64,000 nucleotides of DNA from Isurus oxyrinchus. Lineage: Eukaryota. The stretch lies in the NCBI GenBank assembly GCA_026770705.1, contig JANJGN010000009.1:78244001-78308000 (forward strand), in the 5' to 3' direction. The notes under the pieces were generated by a model. That model worked only from the letters and a program-made list of their open reading frames with translations. It was not told the DNA's origin and did no database searches. Of the stretch, positions 37,000 to 50,636 are shown one piece after another. The position numbers were made by a program, and so were the translations under genes. The stretch's first letter is position 1; each line of letters opens with the position of its first letter.

Positions 37000-37860
37000 C
37001 ATGAGCAGCAAGCTTTTTTGTTGTAACTAATGGCTATTTTGAAATCCAGATACACAATATTTACTAGTTCTCCTTTATCTACCCTGCTTGTTACATCCTC
37101 AGAAAACTAATACATTTCTCAACTTGGTTTCCCTTTCATAATATAACCTAACAGAGTTAACATGGCCTTATGATTTTCTAAATGCCCTGCTACTACTTCC
37201 TTAATAATGGATTCCATCATTTTTCCAATGGCAGATATTAGGCTACCTGGCCTATTTTCTTCTGCTTTGTCTCCCTCCTTTCTTGAATAGACTTGAGTTT
37301 CTCATCCATTGGGATCTTGTCAGAATCTAAGAAATTTTGGAAGATTACAACTGATGCGTCCACTACCACTGCAACCACTTCTTTTAAGTCCCTAGGATGC
37401 AGGCCATCAAGTGCAGGAGACTTGTCAACCTTTTAGCACATTAGCTTTCTCAATACATTTTCTCTAGTGAAGGTGATTGTTTTAAGTTCCTCCCTTCCAG
37501 TTTCCCTTGATTTTCTATAATTCTAAATGTGTTTTGCATCTACCATGAAGACACACAAAATACTTGTTCAAAGTCTCTGCCGTTTACTTAATAGAAACAA
37601 AATGCTGGAAAAATTCAGCTGGTCTGGTAGCATCTGTGGAGAGAGAAACAGATTTCTTGTTGAGTCCTCCTTGGAAATTTCGTGGAACTATGTGGGGATC
37701 AAAAGTTTCAGGCACTGTGATGCAGCCATTCCTATGAAAGGATATGCAGCTGCCCAGCCCCATTTCCACTGACTAGGTTGTCACTCCCCCTCCGCTACAC
37801 TCATCCTCTCGTATTGCCACATGCAAGTCCTAAAGGAAAAAATGGTCTGGTTTACTCACC

Positions 37861-37881
37861 TGAATGAATGAATGAATGAAT
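37861..37881 (+). repeat. (TGAA)n microsatellite
   Basis: tgaatgaatgaatgaatgaat. Confidence 0.9.
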
Positions 37882-38084
37882 AAAGTTATTGATGCATTTG
37901 TGGCACCAGATCCAGGTTCTGGGGGTGACCCCATGCTGCTGACCTCTCTGCAATCTCCATCTGGGCTTGCTTAGTCAGTCGGGTCTGTCACCTCCTTCCA
38001 TCCCTAAGAAAGCGGACCATCCACCTTGCCCTTGTAGCCTGGAGGAGAAGCCTCAGGAGGCATCACTGGACCATGAAGCCAACA

Positions 38085-39541
38085 TAGATGATGAATTAGG
38101 AGTAGTAGGCGTAGGCCATTTGGTCCCTTGAGCCTGTTCCTCCATTTGCTAAGATCATGGCCGATCTGATTCTGGTTGCAATTCCACTTTCCCGTCTACC
38201 CTCTATGCCCTTAGATATATTCTTGATTGACAAGGGTGTCAAAGTCAGCCTTAAAAATGCTCAGTGACCCTGCCTCCACTGCTCTCTGGGGAAGAGGCTT
38301 TCACAGACTAACGACCCTCAAAAAAATTCTCTTCATCCCTTTCTTAAATGGAAGGCCCCTTACTTTTAAATTGTGTCCCCTAGTTCTAGCTTCACCCATT
38401 AGAGGAAATATCCTCTCAGCATCCACCCTGTAAATTCCCTCAGTCTTACATGTTCCAGTAAGCTCACCTTTCACTCTAAACTCCATTGGATACAGGACCA
38501 ACTGGTCCAAATCTTTCCTCATTCCAGGAATCAGCTGATATCATCTGAATTGCTTCTGAAGCAATTCAGAAGATTCAATTAAATCCACTCTTAGGTAAGG
38601 AGACCAAAACTGTCTCACCAATGCCTTGTATGGCTGTAGCAAAACATCCCTACTTTTATATTCCATTCCCCTTGCAATAAATGGCAACATTCCATTTGCC
38701 TTTCTAATCACTTGTGGTACAGAGGGACCTGGGTGTCCTGGCATGTGTATTGCAAAATGTTAGTATGCAGGTGCAGCAAGTTTTTGCAATTTTTCTCCGA
38801 ATAATATACTGCTTTTCTATTCTTGCCAAGTGGACAAGTTCACATATACTCCATTTTCCAATTTTTTGCCCATTCGCTTAATGTATCTCAACCCCTTTGC
38901 AGGCTCTTTATGCCCTCCTTAACTTAATTTTCTACTTTTGTGTCATCAGCAAATTTAGTAACCACACATTCGGTCCCTTCATCCAAGTCACTGGTATAGT
39001 GGTATAGATTGCAAATAGTTGAAGCCCTAGCCTTGATCCCTGTTGCACCCCATTGGTTACAACTTGTCAACTGGAAAGTGACCCATTTTACCCTACTCTG
39101 CTTCCTGTTATTAAACTGGATAGAGAATTGGTTGGCTATGTCACCCCCTATACCATGAGCTCTTATTCTGTGTAGTAGCCTTTGATGCCTTTTGGAAACC
39201 CAAGTACACCATATCCACAGGCTCCCTTTTATCCATGTTACTTGTTACTTCCTTAGGAGAACTAATGAGTCAAATATGATTTCCCTTTCACAAAACCATA
39301 TTGACTGTGCCTCATTACATTAAGACTTTAAGTGCCCTGCTTATAATCTCCTTAATAGATTCTAGCATTTTCCCTATGACCGATGTTAGGCTAACTGCCC
39401 TGTAGTTACCCGCTTGCTGTCTCCCTCCTTTCTTGAATAGAGGGACATTTGCTATTTTCCAATCTGATGGGAACTTTGCAGAATCCAGGGAATTTTGGAA
39501 GTTTAAAACCAATGCCTCTACTATCTCCGCAGCCACTTCTT
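38085..39541 (-). mobile_element. CR1 LINE RT fragment
   Basis: PSDWKIANVPLFKKGGRQQAGNYRAVSLTSVIGKMLES; ARGMEYKSRDVLLQ; RTRGHNLKVRG. Confidence 0.88.
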
Positions 39542-39621
39542 TGGAATCTACCATCAGCCACTTTTGTTTCCAGTCAGACTTTTGGTTGAAAGCGGTCAGA
39601 CAGAGGACTGTAGGTTGGAGG

Positions 39622-40898
39622 TGTTATAAAAAACTCAAAATACTTACCTAAATTGGCAGTTACAGTTCAGGAACTACAGTTCCCAATGGGCCTCTGGCCT
39701 TCTGCACATGCGCTGGCCTGGAAAGGACTGCACATGCAGTTGGTGTCTTTCATGTCTTCAGGCCGGGAACCAGTCCTGCATACACGTGTAGTTCATTTCT
39801 TTTATGTCTTTAGACCAGGAACTGGCCCTGGCCTGCATAGGAAGAAAGGAAGCAAAGAAGTAAAATGGCGCAAAACCGGATGTCAGCTGACCTGAACCAG
39901 AATACCAATATCCTGAAGGTGTCCCTGGGAACAGAACATGGGAGGGGCAGAGAGAAGGTCCCAAACCAAGAATATGGTCTCAAAAATCAGAGGGGGTGCC
40001 AAAAGAGGTTCTAGAAGAAAGTACCAGGCAGGGACAAAGACAGGGATCAGAGATAGCTAACATTGCTTCAAGATAAATGACAGGAAAAGAGAAAAAGGCT
40101 CCAAGTTTAACAAGGTGATGCAGGGAGCATACTTGAAGTGAAGCAGGCTTGAGAAGGCCTGAAGATCCAAGAACGCAGCTGAAGGTTGGTGACTGTGCTG
40201 CAAGCCTTGGGGCAAAGGTACTCTTTTGGAGCAGTGGTGTTCTGCTTGGCATGGGTGAAGATCTGAAAGTATGCTTGGAAAATGTGAGCATACCTGGAGA
40301 TCCAAGGGAAAGGGATCTCAGAAGGCAAGTTGAAACCCTGGAGGTGGATACTTGAAGCCATCTGATTAGGAGCAATGTTTGAAGAGAATTCCATGACAAA
40401 TTTTCAAACCTGGAGGTTAGAAACCCTTGTGAGAAAAAAAAGTGTTTGTGAGACCGGATGACTCCAGGTGTGTCAAGCATCTGGGTGGGTTGTTGAGAAA
40501 TCCATAGAACCTGCTTTGGTTGCACCTGTCATTTACTGGAGCATGGTTGCCTGCCTCTAGTTCACCTGTATTGCATACTTACCCTGAATATTAGAGTATA
40601 AAGAGATGTGATAAAAATTCAGAAAGATAAAACAATTTATGTAAATATACAGCTGGGATGAAGGAAGAGTGAATATTTGAATCATTTTCTTGTATTTGTA
40701 TTGAAATCTTTCCAACCTTTTTGAATGGTGTAATATAGTTCTTTGTTTAATAAATGTTTTATTCTTTGTTAAAATTTCATCAGCAGACTGAATTTGTTCA
40801 GTATCTTTCCTCCACGCTTTTAAAAAAATTAGGATCTATCAAGCCAGGTTTCACTCTGCAATCAGACGTCTCCAGTAGTATCAGCTGGGATTGTAACA
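39622..40898 (+). mobile_element. Solo LTR (~1.28 kb)
   Basis: TGTTATAA...TTGTAACA inverted ends; near-TSD GAGG/GTGG; AATAAA at ~40749. Confidence 0.7.
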
Positions 40899-40955
40899 GT
40901 GGTAATAGTGAGGCAGAGGATTCAAAGTTTGAGGTAGTGGTCAGGCAGAGGATTC

Positions 40956-43900
40956 TGAAGAATCCTGCTCAAACACCATGAAGTGGGCTTTGTCGTCTTG
41001 AATATATAAACAGCAAGTCTTTATTAACAAATCATTATGTACATATGTACAGTAGAGGGTACAGGTATGGAGTTGACTCCATCCTAGGTATTTGCACATC
41101 TGTCCATTTCTAGACTGACCCTGGCTGTCAGTCATGTGCCTGACAGTGTGGGTGGTACTGTATTCAATCCTGCATTAACCCTGTGTGTACCAGACCCTAC
41201 TACTACTACTACTACACCTCCCAGCAAGTCTCTATCCTATGTAGATTTACTTTAGCTTACATCAAATCTTGCATTGTTATAAGTCTTGTGCATTTATCTT
41301 GTTACAACTCATGCTATTCCAGCAATTACTGTTACAGTATTATTAATATTTTCACTACCCCATCTCTCCTTCAAGTCCTTGAAGTTAGAGGTTTAGGTGG
41401 TTTGGAGGTGTTATAACCCTTTCACAACCCATTCACCATTCTGTCGGGAGAGTGGTAGGCTCTAGTGGTGCTGGTTGTTGGCTTGGAGGTTGGACTGGCA
41501 TTTGGGTATGGTTTCATCTTTTTCTTCCATTGCTTGATGTTAAAACACCACTAATTGGTCTGGCTGGTTTGGCAGTAGATGGTTGTTGTTACTCAATTGT
41601 TTTGTGAGGTGGACAAAAATAGTATTTGTCTGCTTGGCAGTGCCTTTTCTTCCTTTTGCCATTTGGCCATCAGGAAGCTCACTGAGGCTGAGATCAGGTG
41701 TTCCTGTGGGAAGATGATGATTGAGCAGCATGCTCACCTGTTTGTTGTAGCATTCTCACACCATCAACAAGGTCCCAGCATCCCTTATGGTTTTGGCATG
41801 CTGACTGGAAGTTGCTGTGTATGCACAGTGCTTGGTGTGTCTACCAACTATATCATCATCATCGTTAGAGGTAAAGGCTCCTGACTGTTAATGTGGTACC
41901 ACTTCAACCGAAGCTGCTAATGTAATCTCGTGTGTGGTAGGTTGGTCTGACCATTGGGGACTTTCAGGACTTGGAATGATGGAAAAACCTGCTCCACAAA
42001 AAAAAGATTGCAGGTGAAATGAGAGCCCGAATATTCTTTAGTGTTTGAGGATTTAGGACAATGCTATTCTGGCTGGCTAATGACAAGGATAGGCTTGAAA
42101 TCTTCCACTGTAGACAAGATCCAGGGCTACACAGTCATCCCTGCTCAGAAGAGAGAAAGGCTGATTCCAAATAATGTACATTAGCTCAAAAGATCTGTTT
42201 GTTGCCTCAGTGGTTCAAGTTTCATGACAGTCCCAAGAGTGTCCGTTATTTGAATCCAAAAGCCTTGAGCCATGGTTCCTTGCCTGACAAGACTGTCACC
42301 TAAATCTAATTTATAATTTGTTAGATAACCATTTACCAAGATGTCAGCATTCCAAGACAAAGAGCCACATTCTGATGTCACCCAAGAAGTGTGGTTGGGT
42401 GTCTGGGTTTTCGGTCTTGATCTGATGGATTGCCTATAGCCTATCTCTGCAGCGCTGGGGTTTTGACTTGCAAAGTGTCCATGTCATTTGCATTAAAAAT
42501 ATTGGTCAATTATTACACTGATTTCCTGTGAGGGTGCTTCACTCTAGTGCTGGCAAGGTTGCTCTGCTGGGTGGTTCAGGAATTGCTTTCCTTGATTTAG
42601 ATGGATCCTGCATTTCTGTGACCGATATATGATAGTGAGAGCTAGTTTCTGTCCATAATATAGTGTTCTCTCCCCTTAGGATAGAACTGTGTTGTCCATG
42701 TAGCTCAGACAGTCTAACTAGCTATTACCTTGTCTAGGGTAAGATCATCTTTAACTTGTAGGGAGGTCAGAGAGTGAATTGACTGCAACATCCACCATGA
42801 TTCTGTCTTGGATGAGATCAGACTTTAAAATTGCCATGTTCACATCTCAGGTTGAAATAAATGCTGCAGGATTTTAAAGCATCAAATTTGACAGATTACC
42901 CATCGATAGTTTGTTATGCAATGATGTCATCTGCAATTGGCCCAATCAAGTAAAGAAATGTATTGACTTATTCTGCTTCTGATTTTTTTTTTTAAATATA
43001 TATTTAAACTTGTAGCAATGATGTATCTTAAAAATCTTTTCCTACAAAGATTCCAGTTCTGAGACTGACCTGGGCCATGGGTGAATCCCAGTGGAGCTGG
43101 ATGTCTGGGATTGTGAACTATTGAAGATTTTCAGAAGTATGGTTATAGCTTTAAGAGATTATAGGCTTCCAAGATGGCATCACTGTTTGCTGCTGAAGAA
43201 TGGACCTTCCTGTACTTGAGATTTTGGCAGGTTTTACAAAATGGCAGCAGTGTACCTCTGTCTGAAGAAGGGTCTGCAATGGCTGCATGTGCTGTCCGAC
43301 TGCCGATTTAATTTAATCATGAGTATTGTGTTGCGAGTCAGGATGCATAGAAAAGAACTGCAGGCTTGCTGCTTAAGAAATTGGATGGTCATGAAGTATC
43401 TGAAGTAGATGAGATTATTAATTAATTTGTTTTTCTTTGCCGAACTTTGGGAGCCACTTGTTGAGACTCGGAGTTGGGGGATCAGGATTAGTGAAGGGTT
43501 TCTTTCAAATGGCACTTCAGACTGAATGAATAAAAAAGCGGACTGGCTAGCCTGGAATTTTAAGAAAAAAAAAATCTCACCCTTGCAGGCAATGAGCTCT
43601 GCTTGCTGAAGCTGAACTTCCAAGGGAGATTCAATGAAGCCTTACGCTAGAGTAAAACTTTACCTTTTTGTTTCCAGGCTCTTGTCTCTGGAGTTATTTC
43701 TTCCAGGTGAATTTTCTCTGCATCTGTAGCTGCCAATGGGAGTTTCAGTTCAGAATCTATTGATGGTGTGCTTTTTCTTAGTTTTCCTGCATTCTTGTGA
43801 GAATAAGGGTTTTTGACGTGGCTGCTGCCATCACAAAGAATCCTGCTTCAGACACCATTAAGTAGTCTTTGTAGTCTTGAGCATTTTAACAGTAATCCTT

Positions 43901-44084
43901 TAACAACTCAACTATATACAGTAGAGGATAGAAATAGAGCTAGCTCCATCCTAGGCCTTTACACATCTCTGTCCATCTTTAGACAGACCTAGGCTCTGGA
44001 TCATGTGTCTTCTCACATCATTGTGTGGGTGGTACTCTACCCAGTCCCACATTAACCCCATATGTACCAGACCCTTCTACTACA
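40956..44084 (-). mobile_element. Gypsy-type LTR element with gag and protease only (RT/RH/INT absent)
   Basis: Direct ~255-bp LTRs at 40956-41216 and 43834-44084; PBS-like TGGCAGCAG (43830-43822); PPT-like CTGGGAGG; gag QNWNLCRKRFLRY..., DLIQDRIMV...LSDLLQVKDDLTLDK; protease WNADILVNG...YKLDLG. Confidence 0.8.
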
Positions 44085-44389
44085 AGTTCTAAGTTGGAGG
44101 TAATAGGCAGACAGGACTCTAGTTTGGAGGCAACAGTCATTTAAAGGAATCTTCTGGCCAGTCAGTAGTGAATGCAGGGCTGGCAGCCTTTTAACTATGG
44201 TTCCACCACCTGCTGTGGTGTCACTTGATACTGCCATCACTACCTTGCTTCTTGCCTCTGGAGTTCAATTGGACATCACCCATGCCTGAGTTAATTGGAT
44301 GGCTGCCATGAGATCACACCTGCTTCTTGTGTAACTGCCAGGACCTGTGGCTTTGCCCCAAAATCTATCCTGGTGGTTCAGGTCATTAG

Positions 44390-44692
44390 CCTTTCACCAT
44401 AACTGGAAAAAGCTAGAGATATAACAGATGTTAAGCAAAAACAGGGGCATCCCCTTGTACCAATATCCCTTGTTATTTAATCACTCCTGCCTTCCCTTTT
44501 CCCCCACCACCTTCCCCTGCCTCTGTACTTGCTTAACACCTGTCACGTCTAAGCTTTTCTTTTTCTGATGGAAGGTCATTGACCTGAAATGTCAACTTTA
44601 TTTCTCTCTACAGATGCTGCCTCACCTGCTAGGTATTTCAAACTTTGTTTATATTTCATATTTCCAGCATTTGGAATATTTTGCTTTTGTAT
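44390..44692 (+). mobile_element. Old Penelope 3' fragments with hammerhead-like core
   Basis: CTGATGG-AAGGTCATTGACCT-GAAA-TGTC-AACT at 44565-44597, followed by the pLTR tail. Confidence 0.65.
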
Positions 44693-46456
44693 TAGCCGTT
44701 TCACATTGGTCCTGAGATGGTGGATGGTGTTGGACTCCCTTATGCATTGTTAAGGATGGTTAGGAATTGTAATAAGAGTCAGTATGGGCAGTTGTGGTTG
44801 GCTGAAGAGCAACATTGTTGGAGATCAGGGAATGGTCCACCTGCCCAGAGTAGTGTTGTACAGAATAACAGATGGCAGAGAGTGTATGACGGCTGTAACA
44901 CAATCTCCTGGCTCTGACGACTGCATTAACTTTTCAGAAGCCTGAGATTGTGCTAATGACTTGGTACACCCTCTGAGCCAACTGTTCGTCTATATTTAAC
45001 TTTAATGATCAATGATACCTGACCTACATATATATTGCTGTAGGGGTGAGTGAGTTGGCTGATGTCTGGAAACTTGTTTAGTTTGAATTCAGACCAGAAT
45101 GAATCTTAAAGAAATACTCAAGGGAACACTATTAAATGTGCGTGAATAGAAACAGTATCAAAATAACACTTCTGTTTAATGGTTTACAGAAAATATAAAT
45201 TTTAGGATTTAAATCAGTTGGTCAATTGCAAAATATTGAAGTTATTAAAATATCTGGCTTTTAAATAAATCCTGGCAGTTCAATTAAACTGATGTAACAT
45301 TCTGAACCATCAAGAGTTACTAATTAATGAGTTAACATCCCCATACTGCAAAAGTCACTGGCAGGAAGTCCAATGTATTGAGCAGTGGAGTGAAAAGAAC
45401 ATATTTCTTCTGAAGGCTGAAACATGAAATCTGCATCTGTCTTCTTCAGCTGAGCTAGGACACAAGCCTCACTTCAGGGTGATTCTTGATAAAAAAACTT
45501 ATAGCTTGCATGACTAAGGAAAATAAGTGGGCATGAGAGGGAAATAGTTGTGGGGGCAATAGCAGGTCTGGATGGTGCAAGAGCAAGTAGAAGGAAATAC
45601 CACAATACATCTCATTGTAACTGGAGGAGAGACATGGGAAATGGGGAAGTATCTTATGCTGGGGCACTAGGAGGGTAGTGCAGATCTGAGAAAAGTAAGA
45701 TGTGATAAAGAATCTTACCTACATAGTCCTAGTATGGTCATTAATCTTCTCTGTGCTGCTGCAAGAGTGTTGAGTATATGTTTATGGCATTAATGTCATC
45801 TGTCAACTTTCCCCATTGTTGTTAGCCTGGCAACCAGCAAAGGAGAAGAGGTCCTCCTTTCTGCTTATTTGCTTGATGAGCATTTCCACTGTGCTGTCAG
45901 AAAAATCAGAAGCCCATGGATAAGTCAAATTTACTAGCAGATTTAGAAAATTGATTGCTATTAAAGAGAATTTGAATTTCAGTGCTGGTTAAGAGATGCA
46001 AGCTGCTTATAAGCAATGTCAGCCCAGCCAGATTTCACACCCTCCCAACTGGCAGGCTGCCTATGGGGGTGTGATTAGTGCTGGAAGATTGGCAAAGACA
46101 TTGAATTGAGGCCCAGCTGTGAACATGGATCTTGCCACCTGTTGACATCAATGGGCAGGTGGAGTGTGCATCTTGCCCATCACCCACCTAATCTGCACTC
46201 CACACTAAACTTGACCTCACTATCTTCTTGTAGTGGGTTTCTGACACCAGCTGACTGTAGTTATTCACTGTTTTATGGTTTATTCCTGTCAAATCTCCTG
46301 TGGGTGCTTGGCAAGCATTTGGAACATAGAAACTCAGCAGTTTTTTAACCTCTTATGATAAGTATGAAGTAGAAGTATACAACCTTGTGATCGGCATAAT
46401 CTCCAGAGGCACAATTTTCAACTTCAGTGCTACAGCTGCAAAGTTATTGCACATCC

Positions 46457-47670
46457 TGCTCACTGATGTTCAGTTTGGGTTCCATCAGGGTCACTCAGCT
46501 CCTGACCTCATTACAAACTTGGTTTAAACATGCACAATAAAAAAGTTGAACTCCAGAGGTGAGGTGAGAGTGACTGCTCTTGACATCAAGGCAGCATTTT
46601 ACTGTGGCAAAAAAAAAAAGGAGCCTTAAAAAACTGGAGTCAGTGGGAATCAGGGGGAAGACTCTCCAATGGTTGGAGTCATACTTAGCACAATGGAAGA
46701 TGGCTGTGGTTGCTGGAGGTCCATCATCTCAGCTTGAGGACATCACTGCAGGAGTTCCTCAGGGTAGTGTCCTAGACCCAACTATCTTCAGCAATGACTT
46801 TCCTTCCATCATAAGGTCAGAAGTAGGGATGTTCACTGATAAATGCACAACGTTCAGCACCATTCACAACCCCTCAGATACTGAAGCAGTTCATGTCCAA
46901 ATGCAGCAAGACCTGGACAATATAGTGCCAAGTAACATTCACACCACACATGTGCCAGGCAATAACCATCTCCAACAAGGGAGAATCTAACTATTGTCCC
47001 TTGGCATTCAATGGCATTATCACTGAATCCTCAATCAACATCCTGGGGGTTATCATTAACCAGAAACTGAACTGGACTAGCTATAAATATTGTGGCTACA
47101 AGAACAAGTCAGAAGCTGGAAATACAGCAGTGAGTAAATCACCTCCTGACTCCCCAAAGCCTGCCTAACATCTACAAAGCACAAAGTCAGGAATGTGATG
47201 GAATACTGTCCACTTGCCTGGATGACTGCAGTTCCAATATCAAGAAGCTGGACTCCATCCAGGACAAAGCAACTGCTTGATTGGCATCCCAACATAAACA
47301 TTCATTCGCTCTGCTATCAAAGCATAATGATAGCAGTGTTTACCATCTTCAAGCTGCACTGCAGGAACTCACCAAGGCTCCTTAGACAATATCTTCCAAA
47401 ATCATGACTGCTACCATCTAGAAGGACAAGGGCAGCAGAAACATGGGAGTTCCTAGAAGCTCCCCTCCAAGCCACACATGATCCTGACTTAGAAATATAA
47501 TCGCTGTTCCTTCAGTGTCACTGGGTCAAAATCCTGGAACTCCCTTTTGCACCTACACCACATGGACTGCAGCAATTCAAGAAGGTAGCTCACCACCCCC
47601 TTCAAGGGTACTTACGGATGGACATAAGTGCTGACCTAGCCAGCAATGCACACATCCCATAAAATGAATT
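46457..47670 (+). mobile_element. LINE family B, 5'-truncated
   Basis: Homologous to 27430-28690; GVPQGSVLDP, MFTDKCT. Confidence 0.87.
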
Positions 47671-47864
47671 TTAAAAAACCCTCACTGATTCTGCTCATTA
47701 AGGTGAATAGCTAGAAAATCATTGCATGAGTATATGCAATTTCCCAATGTACTTCCAGCATGTGCTGGTAGTGAAGAAGTGTAACATCTGCATGTGTGAC
47801 CGAGCTTTCAGACTTTAACACTACCTGCTCGCACTCTGATCTTGACATCCTACATTGGCATATA

Positions 47865-48290
47865 AAGAGAACAATGTAAATTTAAGGAACAGCATCTTAT
47901 TTTGCAATTACATATTTTATAGCCTCCCAGACTCAGTTCAACAATTTCAGATTATGGCCCTGCCCTCAGATGGCAGCTTTTGGTGAGATTCTGCTACTTC
48001 CATTTACACCACTGGAATTCCTCCTTTTGTATCTTTATATGTCTCAATCCTCCTCTTTTGCCTTGCACCACCGTCCCTTTTGTCATTTAAATCACCCCCT
48101 ACCTTCAAACCCTAATGCAGGCCTTCCCCTTTGTTCTCTCCCCACCCCCACTTGCCCTTTGTGCTTGCTTAAAATGTGTTTCATAATTATCTATTTTCAG
48201 TTCTGACAAAAGGTCATCAACCCAAAAGATTGGAAATCTTGTATTTCTTTCCAACAATGCTGCTAGACCTATTCCCAAAATTCTGTTTTT
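47865..48290 (+). mobile_element. Old Penelope 3' fragment
   Basis: GIY-YIG tail (LKEQHLILQL...FNNFR) and decayed AGTTCTGACAAAAGGTCATCAACC core. Confidence 0.6.
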
Positions 48291-48619
48291 TTCCACCCCC
48301 CCATCTTTAGCAACCATCCATCTTGAGAGAAAATGCTTTTTGCCTTGGTGGTCAACTCTTTATTAAGTATTGTGTGGGTCAAGAACCCACTCTTTGCTGC
48401 AGAGGAAAGCAATGGGCTGAGAGGGTGTAAGATTCGCTGGCCTCTGTTTCCTCTGGGCTTTCTTTGATTGGCTGAGCTTTGTTTCTCCTCACCTCTTCAA
48501 ATGCCCTTCCAAACAGTCAGCCTTCAAAGGTCATGTTTATCAGTGACTGTCTCCCATTTATCTGTTGGTGCCAACCATTTTCATATCTCACTTGCAGGTG
48601 CCCTTGTAACAGATGTATG

Positions 48620-49600
48620 GACGCCCAGGAGGTCATGACCCATAGGCCAGCTCACTGTACAAAAAGTTGTGTATAGGGCCATCATCCATTTGATGAATGT
48701 AGCCGAGCCAGTGATGGTGTTGGCTTAGTAACGTGTAAACTAATGGAGTTAGCACACTCCAGGTCCCCTGAATTGGGACCTTGACCTATCAAGAGGTGCT
48801 GAGGATATGTCAGAGATAACAAAAAGGTGCAAACTGTTCAGCCTTTTCTGTTTTCCAGGTCTTGGTACCATAGAGGAATGCACTGATACAGGTTTGGTAG
48901 ACTCAGTTTGATGTTTTGGGTCACCTTGCTATTATTCCACACTCTTTCTCAGCTTGGACATAACAGCTGCAGCTTTTGCAGTGCATGTGCTGATTTCAGA
49001 ATCAAATGACAGATTTCTGGTGATTGTGGAGCCTAGATATGTGAAGCTATCAACAACCTCCCTCCAGCATCATATTATCAATGCTGGTTGATGGTGGGTT
49101 GGCCACATCCTGGACCATGACATTTGTTTTCATGATACTGATGGTCAAATCAAACGCTTATAGGCCTGAAATATTCTGTCTACTTGCTGCTGATGGAATG
49201 CTGGTATAGCACTTTAGGCATGGAGCAACTCTGATGAGCACTTGATGCACTTTTACCTTGGATCTCAAGTGGGCAAGGCTGAACAGCATTTCATCATTTC
49301 TGGTATGTAAGTAGGTACCCTCTAAATTAACAGAAGGTACATGACAGCAGCAAAAGGGAAGAATATGCCAAACAGTGTCAGCATCAGAATGCAACCCTGT
49401 TTGACCTCACTGAATTTCAAAAGGGTTCTGATGTTGCCCTCTCATAGGTGACCTTACCTATCATGTTGCCATGGAAAGGTGAGATCACATTAAGCAGCTT
49501 CAGCAGGCAGCCAATTTTTCTCAGCAGCTTAAATAGATCACCTCTGCTCAGATGGTTGAATGCATGGTGAGATTGATGAAGGCAAAACATAGTGACTTCA
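48620..49600 (-). mobile_element. RTE-clade LINE RT fragment
   Basis: EGTYLHTRNDEMLFSLAHLRSKVKVHQVLIR, matching the RTE-type GVYLHTRSDG.LFNLARLRAKTKV motif; upstream ISPFHGNMIG. Confidence 0.7.
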
Positions 49601-49994
49601 ACTCATTTGCACTTGATTGTGAGCCATAGAATTGGTAGCACTTCATATAACTGATCACTGATCAAATATTTCTAATTGTTAGAAATTTAGCATCAATCAA
49701 AAAATTACCTCCCAGATATTCCTCTGGCTGAACCAAACATCAAGTATAACAGAAACGTCCTTGAATCTCCCCCCAACAGCAAAATCTCCCTACCATGTGC
49801 ACAGTCATGTTGATTACATCATTTTAAAACTATTTTTCATCAGAATTCTGAAGATGAATTTTAACTTCCAATTTGTAAGTTTTAAAATCTATAAATAAAC
49901 ACTGCATCATGAAATGAATATCATATTGTCTGATATTAATAATGAATGCATTAACAGGTTCATAATAAGTTCCATTCAAATTGTTTTTCATTTT

Positions 49995-50290
49995 AATCTT
50001 GGGACTTGGGTTTCACTGGCAAGGCTGGCATTTATTGTGTCCTGCTTGTCTTCAGAGGGCAGTTAAGAGTCAACCATGTTGTCACAAATAGACCAGACTT
50101 GGTAAGGGTGATAAATTTCCTTCACTGAAGGACTATAATGAACCAATTGGAATTTCACAGGCAATCTAACAGCTGAATGGTCACTTTTGCTCATACCAGT
50201 TTTTCCAGATTTTGTAAACTGAAAGCAACTTCACATCGATGTCAGGATTTGAGCTTTTTTGTTAAAAGGGATTATTAGGCCACAACACTG
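49995..50290 (-). mobile_element. SINE-like element sharing its 3' tail with LINE family B
   Basis: cactggcaaggctggcatttattg is the reverse complement of the family B tail; non-coding body; B-box-like caggatttgagc at ~50243. Confidence 0.5.
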
Positions 50291-50636
50291 GGCTACTGAA
50301 ATGACTAGGTGAGTACATTCTTCAAATAGAAACAAATTCATACCAATGTGTTGGCATATTCATAGCTAATGGGTCTCATTTTCTGTAGCAGGGTGTCTAA
50401 CAGCATTTACTGACTTGTCCATCCATCCTTCAACTCAAAAGATTGTTGTTGCAGAATGTGAGAGCTGATAATGCACAGAGGGAAACAGGCATCTGGGACT
50501 TGAGTGAACATGGCAATTGACAGGCTAGCTCTTTAACCAATGAGATTTAAAGGTTGGGGGAAGGGGAAAAAATAGATTCAGTAAAAGTAGGAATTTAAAA
50601 AACCCCATCTTTAAAATCTCCTCAAATAAAAACCTG

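Larger units (their letters stand above)
34310..37582 (-). mobile_element. CR1 LINE (RT region), fragmented by a solo LTR and a MITE
   Basis: WNSLPQRAVDVGSLNILKADVDRFL; LRGIETVDSERMFPLM; MYLDFKIA; RT N-terminal sequence to ~37580. Confidence 0.8.

Noticed and set aside
37760-38080. Possible further Harbinger Myb fragment (LLQATRAR..., minus strand)
   Set aside because: Too short and degenerate to support.
39980-40525. 181-aa ORF
   Set aside because: Lies antisense within a solo LTR, with no domain signature.
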